Source: Alphaproteobacteria bacterium (GTDB lineage Bacteria > Pseudomonadota > Alphaproteobacteria > CALKHQ01). From it: a DNA stretch of 64,000 nucleotides. Under the pieces are notes generated by a model. That model was not told the origin of the DNA. It saw nothing but the letters and a program-made list of their open reading frames with translations, and searched no databases. The stretch covers positions 1,248,001 through 1,312,000 of the forward strand of contig CBDDFZ010000001.1 in assembly GCA_965227515.1 (NCBI GenBank), given 5' to 3'. Positions 20,771 through 30,831 of this stretch are shown one piece after another. The translations under genes and the position numbers were made by a program. Numbering within the stretch: the stretch's first letter is position 1; the number at the start of each line of letters is the position of its first letter.

Positions 20771-22398
20771 GCGGCGGTGCGCGCGTCGTCGGCGAGCAGG
20801 TCCAGGGCGGTGTCGATGACCGGCTGGAAGTCGCGGTCGTCATGCCATTCGCGCGACAGCCACACCAGTTTCTGCTTGCCGAACCATGGGCTTTTCTCGC
20901 CGCCGAAATTGGCCCAGTCGCTGCCACGCATCAGCCGCAGCGTCGCCGTGTCGACCGCTGCCGACAGCATGGCCACCGCCGTGGGCGCGGAAATCACCAG
21001 ATCGAGTGCCGCCATCAGGTCCGACGTGTCGGCGAGATCGTTGTACTGGTCGAGGTCGGGCGGATCGAGCACCGTGACCCCGGTGCCGGCAACGGCCTCG
21101 TCCCATTCCGACGCGCCGGCGTCGTACTGCAGGTTGACGAAGGTCGCCTCCGGCATCGCCTCGAACAGGTGGCGCCACGCGGAGACAGGCGGGAACCGGC
21201 TGTTGCGCCAGGCATCGCTCAGGCTGCTGCGCCAGCAAAGCCCGATGCGCTTGCCGCGACCGTTCGCGGCCAGCCATGCATCCCACTTCGCCTGGCCGGC
21301 CGGGTCGGGCCGCAGCACCGGGGCCACGCTGCCGTAGGGCGGCGTCAGATAGCGCGGCAGGTCGCCGTGGCAGGTCACCACATCCACGGGCTCGAACCGG
21401 CGCACCCAGGAGTAGTCGGTGTTGATCTGCAAGCCCTGGACGGTGCCCTGCACCGGCAGCACCGTGGCCGTGGGGAACGAGCGCTGGAACAGGTCGACCA
21501 GCTTGACCGCGCATTCGATCACCACCTGGCCGTCGGGACCGACCTGGTCGATCAGCGCCGGGATGCAGGATGAGAACGCGACCTGGTCGCCGATGCCGAG
21601 TTCGGAGATCACCACCACACGCTTGCCGGCCAGGTTCTCGCCGCGCCACATGCGGTCGCGCAGCAGGGCCGGCAGCGGCTCGCCGTTGACGCGCCAGCGT
21701 GCCTCATAGTCGCGCCAGCCTTCCTCCAGCCTGCCCATCGACAACAGGGTGAACGACCGCGCCATGCGAACCTCGGCGTTGTCGGGGTCGAGCGCCAGCG
21801 AACGGTCGTAGGCGTCGATGCTGTCGTCCAGCTTGCCGGTCTCGCAGGCGACGACGCCGAAATTGGCTTGCATGCGCGCGTTGTTCGGGGCCAGTGCGGC
21901 GGCGTGCTTCAGCACCTCGAAGGCATCGTTGTAGTGGCCGGCGTCGACCTGCTGGCGGCCGAGCTCGGTCCAGCCCTGCAGGTGTTCCGGCGCGTGGGCC
22001 AGACCCTCGCGCAGCGTCGCGATGCCGCGCTCCGGATCGCCGGCCTGGGCGTGCGCCCGGCTGAGCAGGATGCGCGCGGCCATGCGGTCGGCGACCACTT
22101 CCACGGCGGCGCCCAGAATGCGGATCGCATCGCCGGGGCGACCGGCGGCCGAGGCCATGCGCGCCAGGTCCTCGTGCAGGTCCAGGCGGTGCGGTGCCGC
22201 GGCCAGGGCGGCTTGCATCAGCTCCTCGGCGCGCTCCAGGTCGCCATCCTTGCCGGCGATCAGCGCGGTCAGGCGCAGGGCCTCGGGGTCCTTGGGGTCG
22301 CGCAGCAGCGCCAGCCGGCACAAGGCGGTGGCGGATTGGGTGTTGCCGGATTCGAGCTGCGTCGCGGCGCGACCAGCCAGCGTTGCGCCAGCACTCAT
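20767..22398 (-). CDS. TPR + GT-B glycosyltransferase, FlmG-like (paralog 2)
   Basis: TPRs, GW..YEARW, SELGIGDQ, LFQRSFP, GLCWRS, FVNLQYD and SPWF; ATGA coupling to the next gene. Confidence 0.8.
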   Translation of the reverse strand: MSAGATLAGRAATQLESGNTQSATALCRLALLRDPKDPEALRLTALIAGKDGDLERAEELMQAALAAAPHRLDLHEDLARMASAAGRPGDAIRILGAAVEVVADRMAARILLSRAHAQAGDPERGIATLREGLAHAPEHLQGWTELGRQQVDAGHYNDAFEVLKHAAALAPNNARMQANFGVVACETGKLDDSIDAYDRSLALDPDNAEVRMARSFTLLSMGRLEEGWRDYEARWRVNGEPLPALLRDRMWRGENLAGKRVVVISELGIGDQVAFSSCIPALIDQVGPDGQVVIECAVKLVDLFQRSFPTATVLPVQGTVQGLQINTDYSWVRRFEPVDVVTCHGDLPRYLTPPYGSVAPVLRPDPAGQAKWDAWLAANGRGKRIGLCWRSSLSDAWRNSRFPPVSAWRHLFEAMPEATFVNLQYDAGASEWDEAVAGTGVTVLDPPDLDQYNDLADTSDLMAALDLVISAPTAVAMLSAAVDTATLRLMRGSDWANFGGEKSPWFGKQKLVWLSREWHDDRDFQPVIDTALDLLADDARTAA

Positions 22399-22411
22399 GA
22401 CGTGAATGCGC

Positions 22412-24151
22412 TCATGATTTGGAGAAGTGGGTGCGGACGTCTTCAACCAGCCGGGCCAGCTCCTCGGCGCGGTCGCTATCGCGCGCCATGGTGAACTGCT
22501 TGACGCTGGGGAACCATGGCGAGCGTTCCTGGCCCAGGCAGGACCAGTCCGATCCGATGATGACGCGCCAGCACGGCACGTTGACGGCGCCGGCGATCTG
22601 CGCCACCGCCGTCGGCGCGGAGATGACCCCGTCCAGGGCGGCGATCAGGCCCGAAGTGCGATCCAGGTCGTCCTTCATGTCGAGGTCGTCGAAATGGTGC
22701 AGCTTGATGCCGGTCGCGGCCTCGAACTCGGCCCGTTCGGCGCCGCTTTCGTCGTATTGAAGGTCGATGAAGGTCACGCCCTCCAGCGACCCTAAGGCGT
22801 GGAAGTCCATCAGCGACGCATACAGCCAGTCGCGGTTGGCGGCCTTAAGGCCGCTGCGCCAGCACAGGCCGAACTTGCGGTTGCCGTCGATGCCCGCCAG
22901 CCGTCGGCGCCATCCGGCGACGGTGCGGCCGTCCGGCTTGAACAGCTTGCCGGAGCGCCTGAACGACGCCAGGTCGGGGCGCACGAATCCCGGCAGGGAC
23001 CCGGCGGCGATATAGACGTCCGGGCGCTGCGCCTGGGGCAGGGCGTCCAGCCAGGTGTAGCTATGGCGGCGCAGGCCCTCGTCGTCCAGCCACGTGACCG
23101 CCGGCCGCACCGTGGCGTCCGGAAAAGCGCGCTGGAACACCGGCACCAGCTTCGGCGCGCACTCGATGACCACGTGGTGCGCCAGCTCGATCGCGTCGGG
23201 GATGCACGACGCGTACATGATCTCGTCGCCGATGCCCTGCTCGGCGGCGACCAGCAGCGACAGGCCGGTCAGGTCGTCGCCGTCCCATTGCGGGATCGAC
23301 AGGTGGTCCTGGATGCAGTCCAGCCCGGCGACGCCGCGCGCCCAGCGCGATTCGTAGAGTTCGAAGCCGCCTTCGAGGTCGCCGGTGCCGAGCTTGGACA
23401 GGGCCAGGTTCCACATCGCGTCCTTGTGTTCCGGCATCAGGTCGATGGTGCGGCTGAGGGTCGAGACCGCCTGGTCCAGCCGACCGGTCTCGATGAACAG
23501 GACGCCCAGATTGTAGAACACCTCCGGGCTTTCCGGCTTCAGGCTGAGCGCGCGATAGAAGGCGCTTTCCGCCTCTTCCACCCGCTGCAGCTTGTGCAGG
23601 GCGCTGCCCAGGTTCATCAGCGCTTCGGGCCACGCCGGCTTGCGGTCCACGGCATCGCGATAGGCGACGACGGCCGCGGCATAGTCTCCGGCGGCACTCA
23701 GCGCGTTGCCCAGGTTGTAGTGGGTGGCAACGTCGTCCGGGTCCAGGGTCAGGGCCGACCGGTAGGCGATGGTCGCTTCCTTGTACGCGCCCAGCCGCGC
23801 CAGACACACACCCATGTTGTAGTGCGACGGCGCGTGCCCGGGCTCGGTCAGGATCGCACGGCGATAGGCGCCAAGCGCCTGGGTCTCCTGACTGGCGGCC
23901 TGCAGCGCATTGCCGTGGTAGAAATGGAACAGCGCGTTCTGGGGATTGTTGCGGCTGGCAACCGACAGGTGACGGATCGCAGACTGGGTGTCGCCGTCGC
24001 CCAACTCCACCATGCCCAGCAGGAATCGCGCGCTGGCGTTCGACAGGTCGGTGGACAGCACCTGCATGCAGATCTGCGCAGCGTCGGCCAGTTGGCCTTC
24101 GTTGAAGAACTGGAGCGCGCGCGCGAGCGATGTGTCGGTGGCGGTTTGCAT
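22412..24151 (-). CDS. TPR + GT-B glycosyltransferase, FlmG-like (paralog 1)
   Basis: About 7 TPRs, YESRW, AEQGIGDE, GLCWRS, FIDLQYD, DDLD and SPWFP. Confidence 0.8.
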   Translation of the reverse strand: MQTATDTSLARALQFFNEGQLADAAQICMQVLSTDLSNASARFLLGMVELGDGDTQSAIRHLSVASRNNPQNALFHFYHGNALQAASQETQALGAYRRAILTEPGHAPSHYNMGVCLARLGAYKEATIAYRSALTLDPDDVATHYNLGNALSAAGDYAAAVVAYRDAVDRKPAWPEALMNLGSALHKLQRVEEAESAFYRALSLKPESPEVFYNLGVLFIETGRLDQAVSTLSRTIDLMPEHKDAMWNLALSKLGTGDLEGGFELYESRWARGVAGLDCIQDHLSIPQWDGDDLTGLSLLVAAEQGIGDEIMYASCIPDAIELAHHVVIECAPKLVPVFQRAFPDATVRPAVTWLDDEGLRRHSYTWLDALPQAQRPDVYIAAGSLPGFVRPDLASFRRSGKLFKPDGRTVAGWRRRLAGIDGNRKFGLCWRSGLKAANRDWLYASLMDFHALGSLEGVTFIDLQYDESGAERAEFEAATGIKLHHFDDLDMKDDLDRTSGLIAALDGVISAPTAVAQIAGAVNVPCWRVIIGSDWSCLGQERSPWFPSVKQFTMARDSDRAEELARLVEDVRTHFSKS

Positions 24152-24352
24152 GGGCGCACTATTGCGCCAAGACGGGAAACAGTTTCTTACCTGCACGAAT
24201 TTTAGGGGCATTTTTTCTGTATTTTCAGTGCCAACGGCATGGCGCGAGATTCCGGCGCTGGCATCGCCGCCGATGCCGATTTGCCGACTTTGCACGTAAT
24301 GGGGAACGATCGCGCCTTGCCCTGGCGGCGAGAATGACGATATGGAAGCGTT

Positions 24353-24446
24353 GGGAGGTTGGTGCGGACGTAACCCTCGCCAACCCGGTCAGGTCCGGAA
24401 GGAAGCAGCCGTAACGAGACTGTTGCGGGTCGCTGCCAGCCTCCTG
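24353..24446 (+). ncRNA. ffs: Signal recognition particle 4.5S RNA
   Basis: Conserved GGTCAGGTCCGGAAGGAAGCAGCC domain IV; terminal pairing GGAGGTTGGT/GCCAGCCTCC; lies upstream of dnaX. Confidence 0.95.
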
Positions 24447-24564
24447 CATTGCCCTGTGCGAGGTGTGCCAAGCGCGCCGTTGCGCCGTGGGGGCGATGCC
24501 TGCATCCGTGCCCAGAGCGGAGCAATGGGCAAGCTGAGCATTGAGCATAGGGCCGACCTGCTGG

Positions 24565-26598
24565 ATGAGCGACGCGCCGCCCCAAGCCACCCCTGAAACG
24601 AACGATTCCGACGCGATTTCGCAGGGCGCGGACCCTGACGATACCGCCACCGGCGCCTTGTTCGGCGATGTGCCCGGCCCTGACGGCGCGCCGACCTCAG
24701 AACCAGCCGAAGCAACCGCGTCAGACGCCGGCCAATCCGACAACGGTGCCGCCTATCTGGTGCTGGCGCGCAAGTACCGCCCGCAACGCTTCGCCGATGT
24801 CATCGGCCAGGATGCGCTGATTCGCACCCTGACCAACGCGATCACCGCCGGCCGCGTCCACCATGCCTATCTGCTGACCGGCCCGCGCGGGGTGGGCAAG
24901 ACCACGTCGGCCCGGCTGATCGCCCGCGCGCTGAACTGCATCGGGCCGGATGGCAATGGCGGCCCGACGGCGGAGCCCTGCGGGGTGTGCGAGAACTGCA
25001 CCGCCATCGGCGCCGACCGCCATGTCGACGTGATCGAGATGGACGCCGCCTCCCACACCGGCATCGACAACATGCGCGAGGTGCTGGACGGCGTGCGCTA
25101 CCGCCCGGTGTCGGCGCGCAACAAGGTCTACATCATCGACGAGGTCCACATGCTGTCGCGCAGCGCCTTCAACGCGCTGCTGAAGACGCTGGAGGAGCCG
25201 CCGGACAACGTGGTGTTCATCTTCGCCACCACCGAGTTCCGCAAGGTGCCGGCGACGGTGGTGTCGCGGTGCATGCGCTTCGACCTGCGCCGGGTCGCAC
25301 AGGACGAGTTGGTCGCCTATCTGGCCCAGGTCTGCGCCAAGGAAGGCCGCGAGGTTGCCGACGAGGCGCTGCATCTGATCGCCCGGGCGGGCGAGGGCTC
25401 GGTCCGCGATTCGCTGTCGCTGCTGGATCAGGCGCTGGCCCTGGGCGGCGCGGATGCGGCGCTGACGTCCGACCAGGTGCGCACCATGCTGGGGCTTGCC
25501 GACCGCAGCCAGGTGCTGGACCTGCTGGACCTGGTGGCGAAGGGCGACGCGGCGGGCGCGCTCGACCTGTTCGGCACCATGTACGCGGCCGGGGCCGACG
25601 CCACCCTGGTGCTGCAGGACCTGCTCGATACTACCCATGGGCTCACCCGGCTGAAGCTGGCGCCGACCGAAACGCCGCCGCCGGGGCAGAGCGCCGAACA
25701 GCACCGCCGCGCCTCGGAACTGGCCGAGCAGCTCACCCTCTCGCGGTTGTCGCGGGCCTGGCAGATGATGCTGAAGGGCGTTGCCGACGTGCAGACCGCG
25801 CCCGATGCCCATGCCGCGATGGACATGCTGCTGGTGCGCATTGCCTACGTCCACGATATGCCGACCCCCGGCGACCTCGCGGCGCTGCTGGCCGGCGGCG
25901 CGGGCGCTGCCGCACCGGTACCGTCGAGTACCGCACCTGGCGGCGCTCCGGGGCAAGGCAGCCCGGCGGCGACTGCACCGGCGGCGACTGCACCGGCGGC
26001 GACCGCTCCGGTGGCGGCTGCACCGGCCGCGCAGATTGCCGACAGCGCACCGCCGGCCGATCAGCCGCCACCCTATGACGAGCCGCCGCCCTACGAGGCC
26101 GATCCCCACGACGCGCCGCGTCAGGCAGCCCCCAGGCAGGTGCTGGCGCCGCAGTCCTTCGCCGATGTGGTGGCGCTGGTCTATGACAAGCGCGAGGGCA
26201 TGCTGCACGCCCATCTGCGCACCAGCGTGCACCTGGTCAGCTTCCGTCCCGGCCATATCGAGTTGCGGCCCGGCGCCGATGCGCCGAGCGACCTGGCGCC
26301 GCGGCTGAGCCAATTGCTGACCGAATGGACCGGCACCCGCTGGCTGGTCGGCATTTCCGACGAGGAGGGCGCGCCCACCCTCAGGGAGCAGGAGTCCTCG
26401 CTGGCCGACGCGCGCGAGCGCGAGGTGCGCGAGCATCCCCTGGTCCGTGCTGCCCTGGAGACGTTCCCGGGCGCCGAGATCAGGGCGGTGCGGGATCGCG
26501 TGCGCCCCGACGACCTTGCCACCGACGACAGTGCAGCCGATGGCGATGCAACCGACGACGGCGACGACGCGCCGGAACTGATGAGCGACGAAGGATAG
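24565..26598 (+). CDS. dnaX: DNA polymerase III subunit gamma/tau
   Basis: LARKYRP, GPRGVGKT, Zn Cys cluster, IIDEVHMLS and SRC; PAATA-repeat linker. Confidence 0.97.
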   Translation: MSDAPPQATPETNDSDAISQGADPDDTATGALFGDVPGPDGAPTSEPAEATASDAGQSDNGAAYLVLARKYRPQRFADVIGQDALIRTLTNAITAGRVHHAYLLTGPRGVGKTTSARLIARALNCIGPDGNGGPTAEPCGVCENCTAIGADRHVDVIEMDAASHTGIDNMREVLDGVRYRPVSARNKVYIIDEVHMLSRSAFNALLKTLEEPPDNVVFIFATTEFRKVPATVVSRCMRFDLRRVAQDELVAYLAQVCAKEGREVADEALHLIARAGEGSVRDSLSLLDQALALGGADAALTSDQVRTMLGLADRSQVLDLLDLVAKGDAAGALDLFGTMYAAGADATLVLQDLLDTTHGLTRLKLAPTETPPPGQSAEQHRRASELAEQLTLSRLSRAWQMMLKGVADVQTAPDAHAAMDMLLVRIAYVHDMPTPGDLAALLAGGAGAAAPVPSSTAPGGAPGQGSPAATAPAATAPAATAPVAAAPAAQIADSAPPADQPPPYDEPPPYEADPHDAPRQAAPRQVLAPQSFADVVALVYDKREGMLHAHLRTSVHLVSFRPGHIELRPGADAPSDLAPRLSQLLTEWTGTRWLVGISDEEGAPTLREQESSLADAREREVREHPLVRAALETFPGAEIRAVRDRVRPDDLATDDSAADGDATDDGDDAPELMSDEG

Positions 26599-26601
26599 AC
26601 A

Positions 26602-26925
26602 ATGAAGAACCTCGGGCAACTGATGAAGCAGGCCCAGCAGATGCAGGCCAAGATGCAGGAAATGCAGGAGGCGATGGCATCCGCCGAGATCACCGGCCAG
26701 TCGGGCGGTGGCATGGTGATGGTGACCCTGAACGGCAAGGGCGAGGCGCGCGGGCTGAAGATCGACCCGGAACTGCTGGACCCGAACGAGACCGAAGTGC
26801 TGGAAGACCTGGTGGTCGCCGCCTTCAACGACGCCAAGGGCAAGGTCGAGTCCTACACCCAGGAGAAGATGGCCGAGGTGACCGGCGGCCTAGAGCTGCC
26901 AGGCGGCATGAAGCTGCCGTTCTGA
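26602..26925 (+). CDS. ybaB: YbaB/EbfC nucleoid-associated protein
   Basis: MKQAQQMQ...SGGGMV...[12 protein letters not shown]; dnaX-ybaB-recR synteny. Confidence 0.95.
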   Translation: MKNLGQLMKQAQQMQAKMQEMQEAMASAEITGQSGGGMVMVTLNGKGEARGLKIDPELLDPNETEVLEDLVVAAFNDAKGKVESYTQEKMAEVTGGLELPGGMKLPF

Positions 26926-26930
26926 GGCAC

Positions 26931-26951
26931 GGGCGCCTGGCGCGCCCTTTT
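26931..26951 (+). terminator. Possible weak intrinsic terminator between ybaB and recR
   Basis: GGGCGC-ctggc-GCGCCC followed by TTTT. Confidence 0.35.
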
Positions 26952-26980
26952 CCCCCGAATCTGCATCGAAAGCCCGGACC

Positions 26981-27574
26981 TTGGCTGGAGCGGAGATAGA
27001 CCGCGTCATCCAGTTGCTGGCGCGGCTGCCGGGGCTTGGCCCCCGCTCGGCGCGCCGCGCGACCTTGCACCTGCTGAACCGGCGCGAGGCGTTGCTGGAG
27101 CCGCTGGCGCGCGCGCTGGGCGAGGCGGCTCAGGCGGTGCGCCAGTGCGGCACCTGCGGCAACCTGGACACAACCGACCCATGCGCGGTCTGCGCTGATC
27201 CGAAGCGCGACGGCACGATCGTGTGCGTGGTCGAGCACATCGCGGACCTGTGGGCGATGGAGCGCACCGCCGCCTTTCGCGGCCGTTATCACGTGCTGGG
27301 CGGCACCTTGTCGGCGCTGGATGGCGTCGGGCCGGAGGACCTGCGCATCGGTGTGCTGATCGAACGTATTGCGCGCGACGGCGTGTCGGAGGTGATCCTG
27401 GCGCTGAATGCCACCGTAGAGGGACAGACGACGGCGCACTTCATCGCCGAGCGGCTGGCCGACAGCGGCGTCACCGTCACCCGCCTGGCCCATGGCGTGC
27501 CGGTCGGCGGCGAGCTCGACTACCTGGACGACGGCACATTGATGGCGGCGCTGAAGGCCCGGCGCCCGGCCTAG
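26981..27574 (+). CDS. recR: Recombination mediator RecR
   Basis: [11 protein letters not shown]4 zinc finger, Toprim YHVLGG and GGELDYLD; TTG start. Confidence 0.95.
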   Translation: MAGAEIDRVIQLLARLPGLGPRSARRATLHLLNRREALLEPLARALGEAAQAVRQCGTCGNLDTTDPCAVCADPKRDGTIVCVVEHIADLWAMERTAAFRGRYHVLGGTLSALDGVGPEDLRIGVLIERIARDGVSEVILALNATVEGQTTAHFIAERLADSGVTVTRLAHGVPVGGELDYLDDGTLMAALKARRPA

Positions 27575-27638
27575 ATCGGCATTCGGCACCAGCCCTTATC
27601 CCCTTGACCTGTCCGTTGGATCGCCCACAAATCAAGCC

Positions 27639-28379
27639 ATGCCCCGACCGCGACTCTTGCTGATCACCATCATGGGCACGCCCGACAAGGTGCCGCCCGG
27701 CATCTATGACGACGCGCCGGACGGCCCCGACGACCGGGCGTGGTTTCGCACCCGCTTGGCCGAGTTGGGCATGGATAGCGGCTTCGACTATCTGGAGGCC
27801 GACGGCTGCATGGACGAGGTGCTGCCGGCGCCGGCGCTGGCCGACGCGGTGGTCGTTGGCGGCAGTTGGCATTCGGTCTACGAGGACCATCCCTGGCAGC
27901 GCCGGGTGCTCGACTGGCTGCGGGGCTGGCGCGCCACCGGCCGGCCCTTGTTCGGCATCTGCGGCGGACACCAGATGGCCTGCGCCGCGCTGGGCGGCAC
28001 GGTCGAGCGGATGACCGGCGGTACCCACGCCGCGACCGACATCGTCGAGGTGACGTCGGCGGGCCTCGCGCATCCGATGTTTTCCGGCTTGCCGGCGCGG
28101 GTGAACGTCCACCTCGCCCACGACGACCATGTGACCGTGCTGCCGGCGGGGGCCAGCGTGCTGGCCACTTATCGCGACACGGTGATGGCGCTGGACCTGG
28201 GCGGTGGCTGGTGGACCACGCAATTCCACCCGGAAATGTCGCGCGACTGCATGGTGCGTGGCTGGAACCACCTGGAGCCGCGTCACAGTGCCAACTACAC
28301 CGACCGTCACGACGGGCTGCCGATCATTGCCAACGTCGCGCGGTCGTGGCTTGCCGGACGGGCCAGCGATGCTGCGTAG
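27639..28379 (+). CDS. Type 1 glutamine amidotransferase
   Basis: GICGGHQ (catalytic Cys) and QFHPE. Confidence 0.9.
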   Translation: MPRPRLLLITIMGTPDKVPPGIYDDAPDGPDDRAWFRTRLAELGMDSGFDYLEADGCMDEVLPAPALADAVVVGGSWHSVYEDHPWQRRVLDWLRGWRATGRPLFGICGGHQMACAALGGTVERMTGGTHAATDIVEVTSAGLAHPMFSGLPARVNVHLAHDDHVTVLPAGASVLATYRDTVMALDLGGGWWTTQFHPEMSRDCMVRGWNHLEPRHSANYTDRHDGLPIIANVARSWLAGRASDAA

Positions 28380-30699
28380 CTTCCTCCATCCCCTGCTGTT
28401 GCTTGGACTGCTGGCGGCGGTGTTCGCCAGCCCGATGGCCCATGCGCAAATGCCGCCGGTCGAGACCGAGCCGGGCGACCCGAATTCCATCGAGATCCAG
28501 GCTGAGCGGTTGGAGGAACTGATCGCAACCCTGGAGGACGAGACCGCGCGCAACCACCTGATCTCACAGCTCAGGCTGTTGCTGCAGGCGCAGACCGAGG
28601 TGGCGCAGGAGACCGAGCCGCGCACATTCGTCGGCCAGATCCTGGACGGCGTGGCCGAGCAGGTCGTCGCGGTGGGAGACTTCGTCGACATCCTGGTCGA
28701 ATCGTCCGACGAGATGCTCAACATCGGCACCTGGCTGTTCGAGGAAGTCGACAGCGAGGCCGGCCGGGAGCGCTGGGCCGACATGCTGCGCACGCTCGGC
28801 ATCGCCCTGGGCGCCGCTCTACTGGTGCGCTGGCTGGCGCGCACGGTTCTGGGGGGCATGCGGCGCCGGCTCGCCAACCAGCATCTGACCGGCATCTGGC
28901 ACCGTGTCCGCCGCTACCTGGTGGTGGTGGTGATCGACATCATCCCCATCGTATTGCTGACCCTGGCCGGCTATCTCGCGCTCGGCGTCCTCGAACCCTC
29001 GTTCGTCGCGCGGCAGATCACGCTGTCGGTTCTGGAAATTCTGATCGTCTATTGCGCGACCACGGCGGTGCTGCGCCTGATCCTGAGCCCCGATTCCCGG
29101 CCGATCAGATTGGCGCGGATGACCGATGCCGGCGCGCGCGACGTGTGGCGGCGGCTGCGCGCCATCGTGTTCGTGATGGCGGTGGCGGCGGGCCTGGCCA
29201 ATGCCGGCCTCGCCATGGGCCTGCCGTGGGGCGCGCGCACGGCGTTCCTGATCCTGGTCGGCCTGGCCATCGTGGTGATGGCGATCCGCCTGATCGTGAA
29301 GCATCGCCGCACGTTCGCCCGGCTTATTCGGCGCGCCGGCCCGGTCAGGGGCGCCGGCGCGCGGGTGACCAAGGCGATCGCGCGCAACTGGCACGTGGTC
29401 GCCATCGGCTTCGTCATCGTCGCCTATTTCGTCTATCTGGCCGCCGGCGATACCGGCGTGTTCGACCTGTTGATGACGGCGGCGCTGACCATCGTGGTGC
29501 TGGCCGTGGCGCGGGTGGCTTGGGCGGTGTCGCGCGCGCTGTTGCCGCGGCAGATCGAGTCCGAGGCCGCGCCGGCCGGCGGTGCCGACCTGCCGGCCGA
29601 GATGGCCGACGGGGCGGACAGCGAGCCGGAGGATGACGCCAAGGCCGCGCAACGCACTGCCGTGCAGGCGCTGGTTGATGCGCTGCTGAAGGGTTCGATC
29701 TTCGTCCTGGCGGCGGCGGTGCTGATCGATCTGTGGTTGTTCGACCTGTTCGACTGGTTGGGCAGCGACAGCGGCCAGGACGCGCTGTCGGGCATCATCT
29801 CGGTGGTTGTCGTGCTCGCCATCGCCTATGCCGTCTATCGCGTGGTCATCATGCTGATCGCGCGGGCGCAGCGGGCGGCGGACACGGCGCAGACCAACCG
29901 TGCGCGACGGCTGAAGACGCTGATGCCGCTGTTGCGCAGTGCCGCCATCGTCGTTCTGGGCGCGATTGCGCTGTTGATCGTGCTGGCCGAGGTCGGCATC
30001 GACATCACGCCGCTGCTGGCCAGCGCCGGCATCATCGGCATCGCCATCGGCTTCGGCGCGCAGAGCCTGGTGAAGGACGTGATCACCGGCGGCTTCATCC
30101 TGATCGAGGACTCGATCGCCGTCGGCGACGTGGTCAATGTCGGCGGGTTCGCCGGCGTGGTGGAGGCGCTGTCGATCCGCTCGATCCGGCTGCGCGACGT
30201 GCACGGCACGGTCCACACGATCCCGTTCGGCGAGGTGGCCACAACGTCGAACCTGACCCGCGACTTCTCGTTCTACGTCATCGACATGGGCATCTCGTAC
30301 AACGAGGACACCGACCGGGTGGTCGCGGCGATGACCGAGGTGCTGGACGAGATGCGCCGCGAGCCGGACTACCGCCGCGAGATCATGGAGCCGCTGCAGG
30401 TGCTGGGTGTCGACGCGTTCGGCGACAGCGCGGTCGTCATCAAGGTGCGCATCAAGACCAAGCCGATGTCGCAATGGACTGTCGGCCGCGAGTACAATCG
30501 CCGGGTGAAGAAGAAGTTCGACGCGCTGGGCATCGAGATTCCGTTCCCGCAGGTCACTATCAATCGCCCGGCCGTGCCAGGCCATGCGCCGGATGCCACC
30601 AACCTGCCGTCGTCTGATGTGTCCGGTCCCGTCCAGCCCGGTCCCGCCCTGCCCAGCGACGGCGACATGCAGTCGGCCGACGGCGAAGGGCCGCGTTAG
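28369..30699 (+). CDS. Large MscS-family mechanosensitive channel (YbiO-like)
   Basis: Signal peptide, many TM segments, then LLASAGIIGIAIGFGAQSLVKD, VGD and GIEIPFP. Confidence 0.92.
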   Translation: MLRSFLHPLLLLGLLAAVFASPMAHAQMPPVETEPGDPNSIEIQAERLEELIATLEDETARNHLISQLRLLLQAQTEVAQETEPRTFVGQILDGVAEQVVAVGDFVDILVESSDEMLNIGTWLFEEVDSEAGRERWADMLRTLGIALGAALLVRWLARTVLGGMRRRLANQHLTGIWHRVRRYLVVVVIDIIPIVLLTLAGYLALGVLEPSFVARQITLSVLEILIVYCATTAVLRLILSPDSRPIRLARMTDAGARDVWRRLRAIVFVMAVAAGLANAGLAMGLPWGARTAFLILVGLAIVVMAIRLIVKHRRTFARLIRRAGPVRGAGARVTKAIARNWHVVAIGFVIVAYFVYLAAGDTGVFDLLMTAALTIVVLAVARVAWAVSRALLPRQIESEAAPAGGADLPAEMADGADSEPEDDAKAAQRTAVQALVDALLKGSIFVLAAAVLIDLWLFDLFDWLGSDSGQDALSGIISVVVVLAIAYAVYRVVIMLIARAQRAADTAQTNRARRLKTLMPLLRSAAIVVLGAIALLIVLAEVGIDITPLLASAGIIGIAIGFGAQSLVKDVITGGFILIEDSIAVGDVVNVGGFAGVVEALSIRSIRLRDVHGTVHTIPFGEVATTSNLTRDFSFYVIDMGISYNEDTDRVVAAMTEVLDEMRREPDYRREIMEPLQVLGVDAFGDSAVVIKVRIKTKPMSQWTVGREYNRRVKKKFDALGIEIPFPQVTINRPAVPGHAPDATNLPSSDVSGPVQPGPALPSDGDMQSADGEGPR

Positions 30700-30831
30700 G
30701 GGTTGATCGTTCAAGTCGGCACGGCCGCAGGTTTTTGCGGCGCCCTTTGATTGCCATTATGCTATGGGAAGCTGATTGAACGCTGGCGCTCTCGGGCGCT
30801 GGGTGGCGCGGACGAGCGGATAGAGGGCACC

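Noticed and set aside
22399-22417. 18-of-19-nt match to the tyrS start region (9982-10000)
   Set aside because: It is a single short match with no flanking similarity and encodes only a 6-codon ORF, so it is most likely coincidence.
24565-26598. Programmed frameshift in dnaX giving a gamma subunit
   Set aside because: No A-AAA-AAG or poly-A slippery site is present. The PAATA repeats are an ordinary linker.
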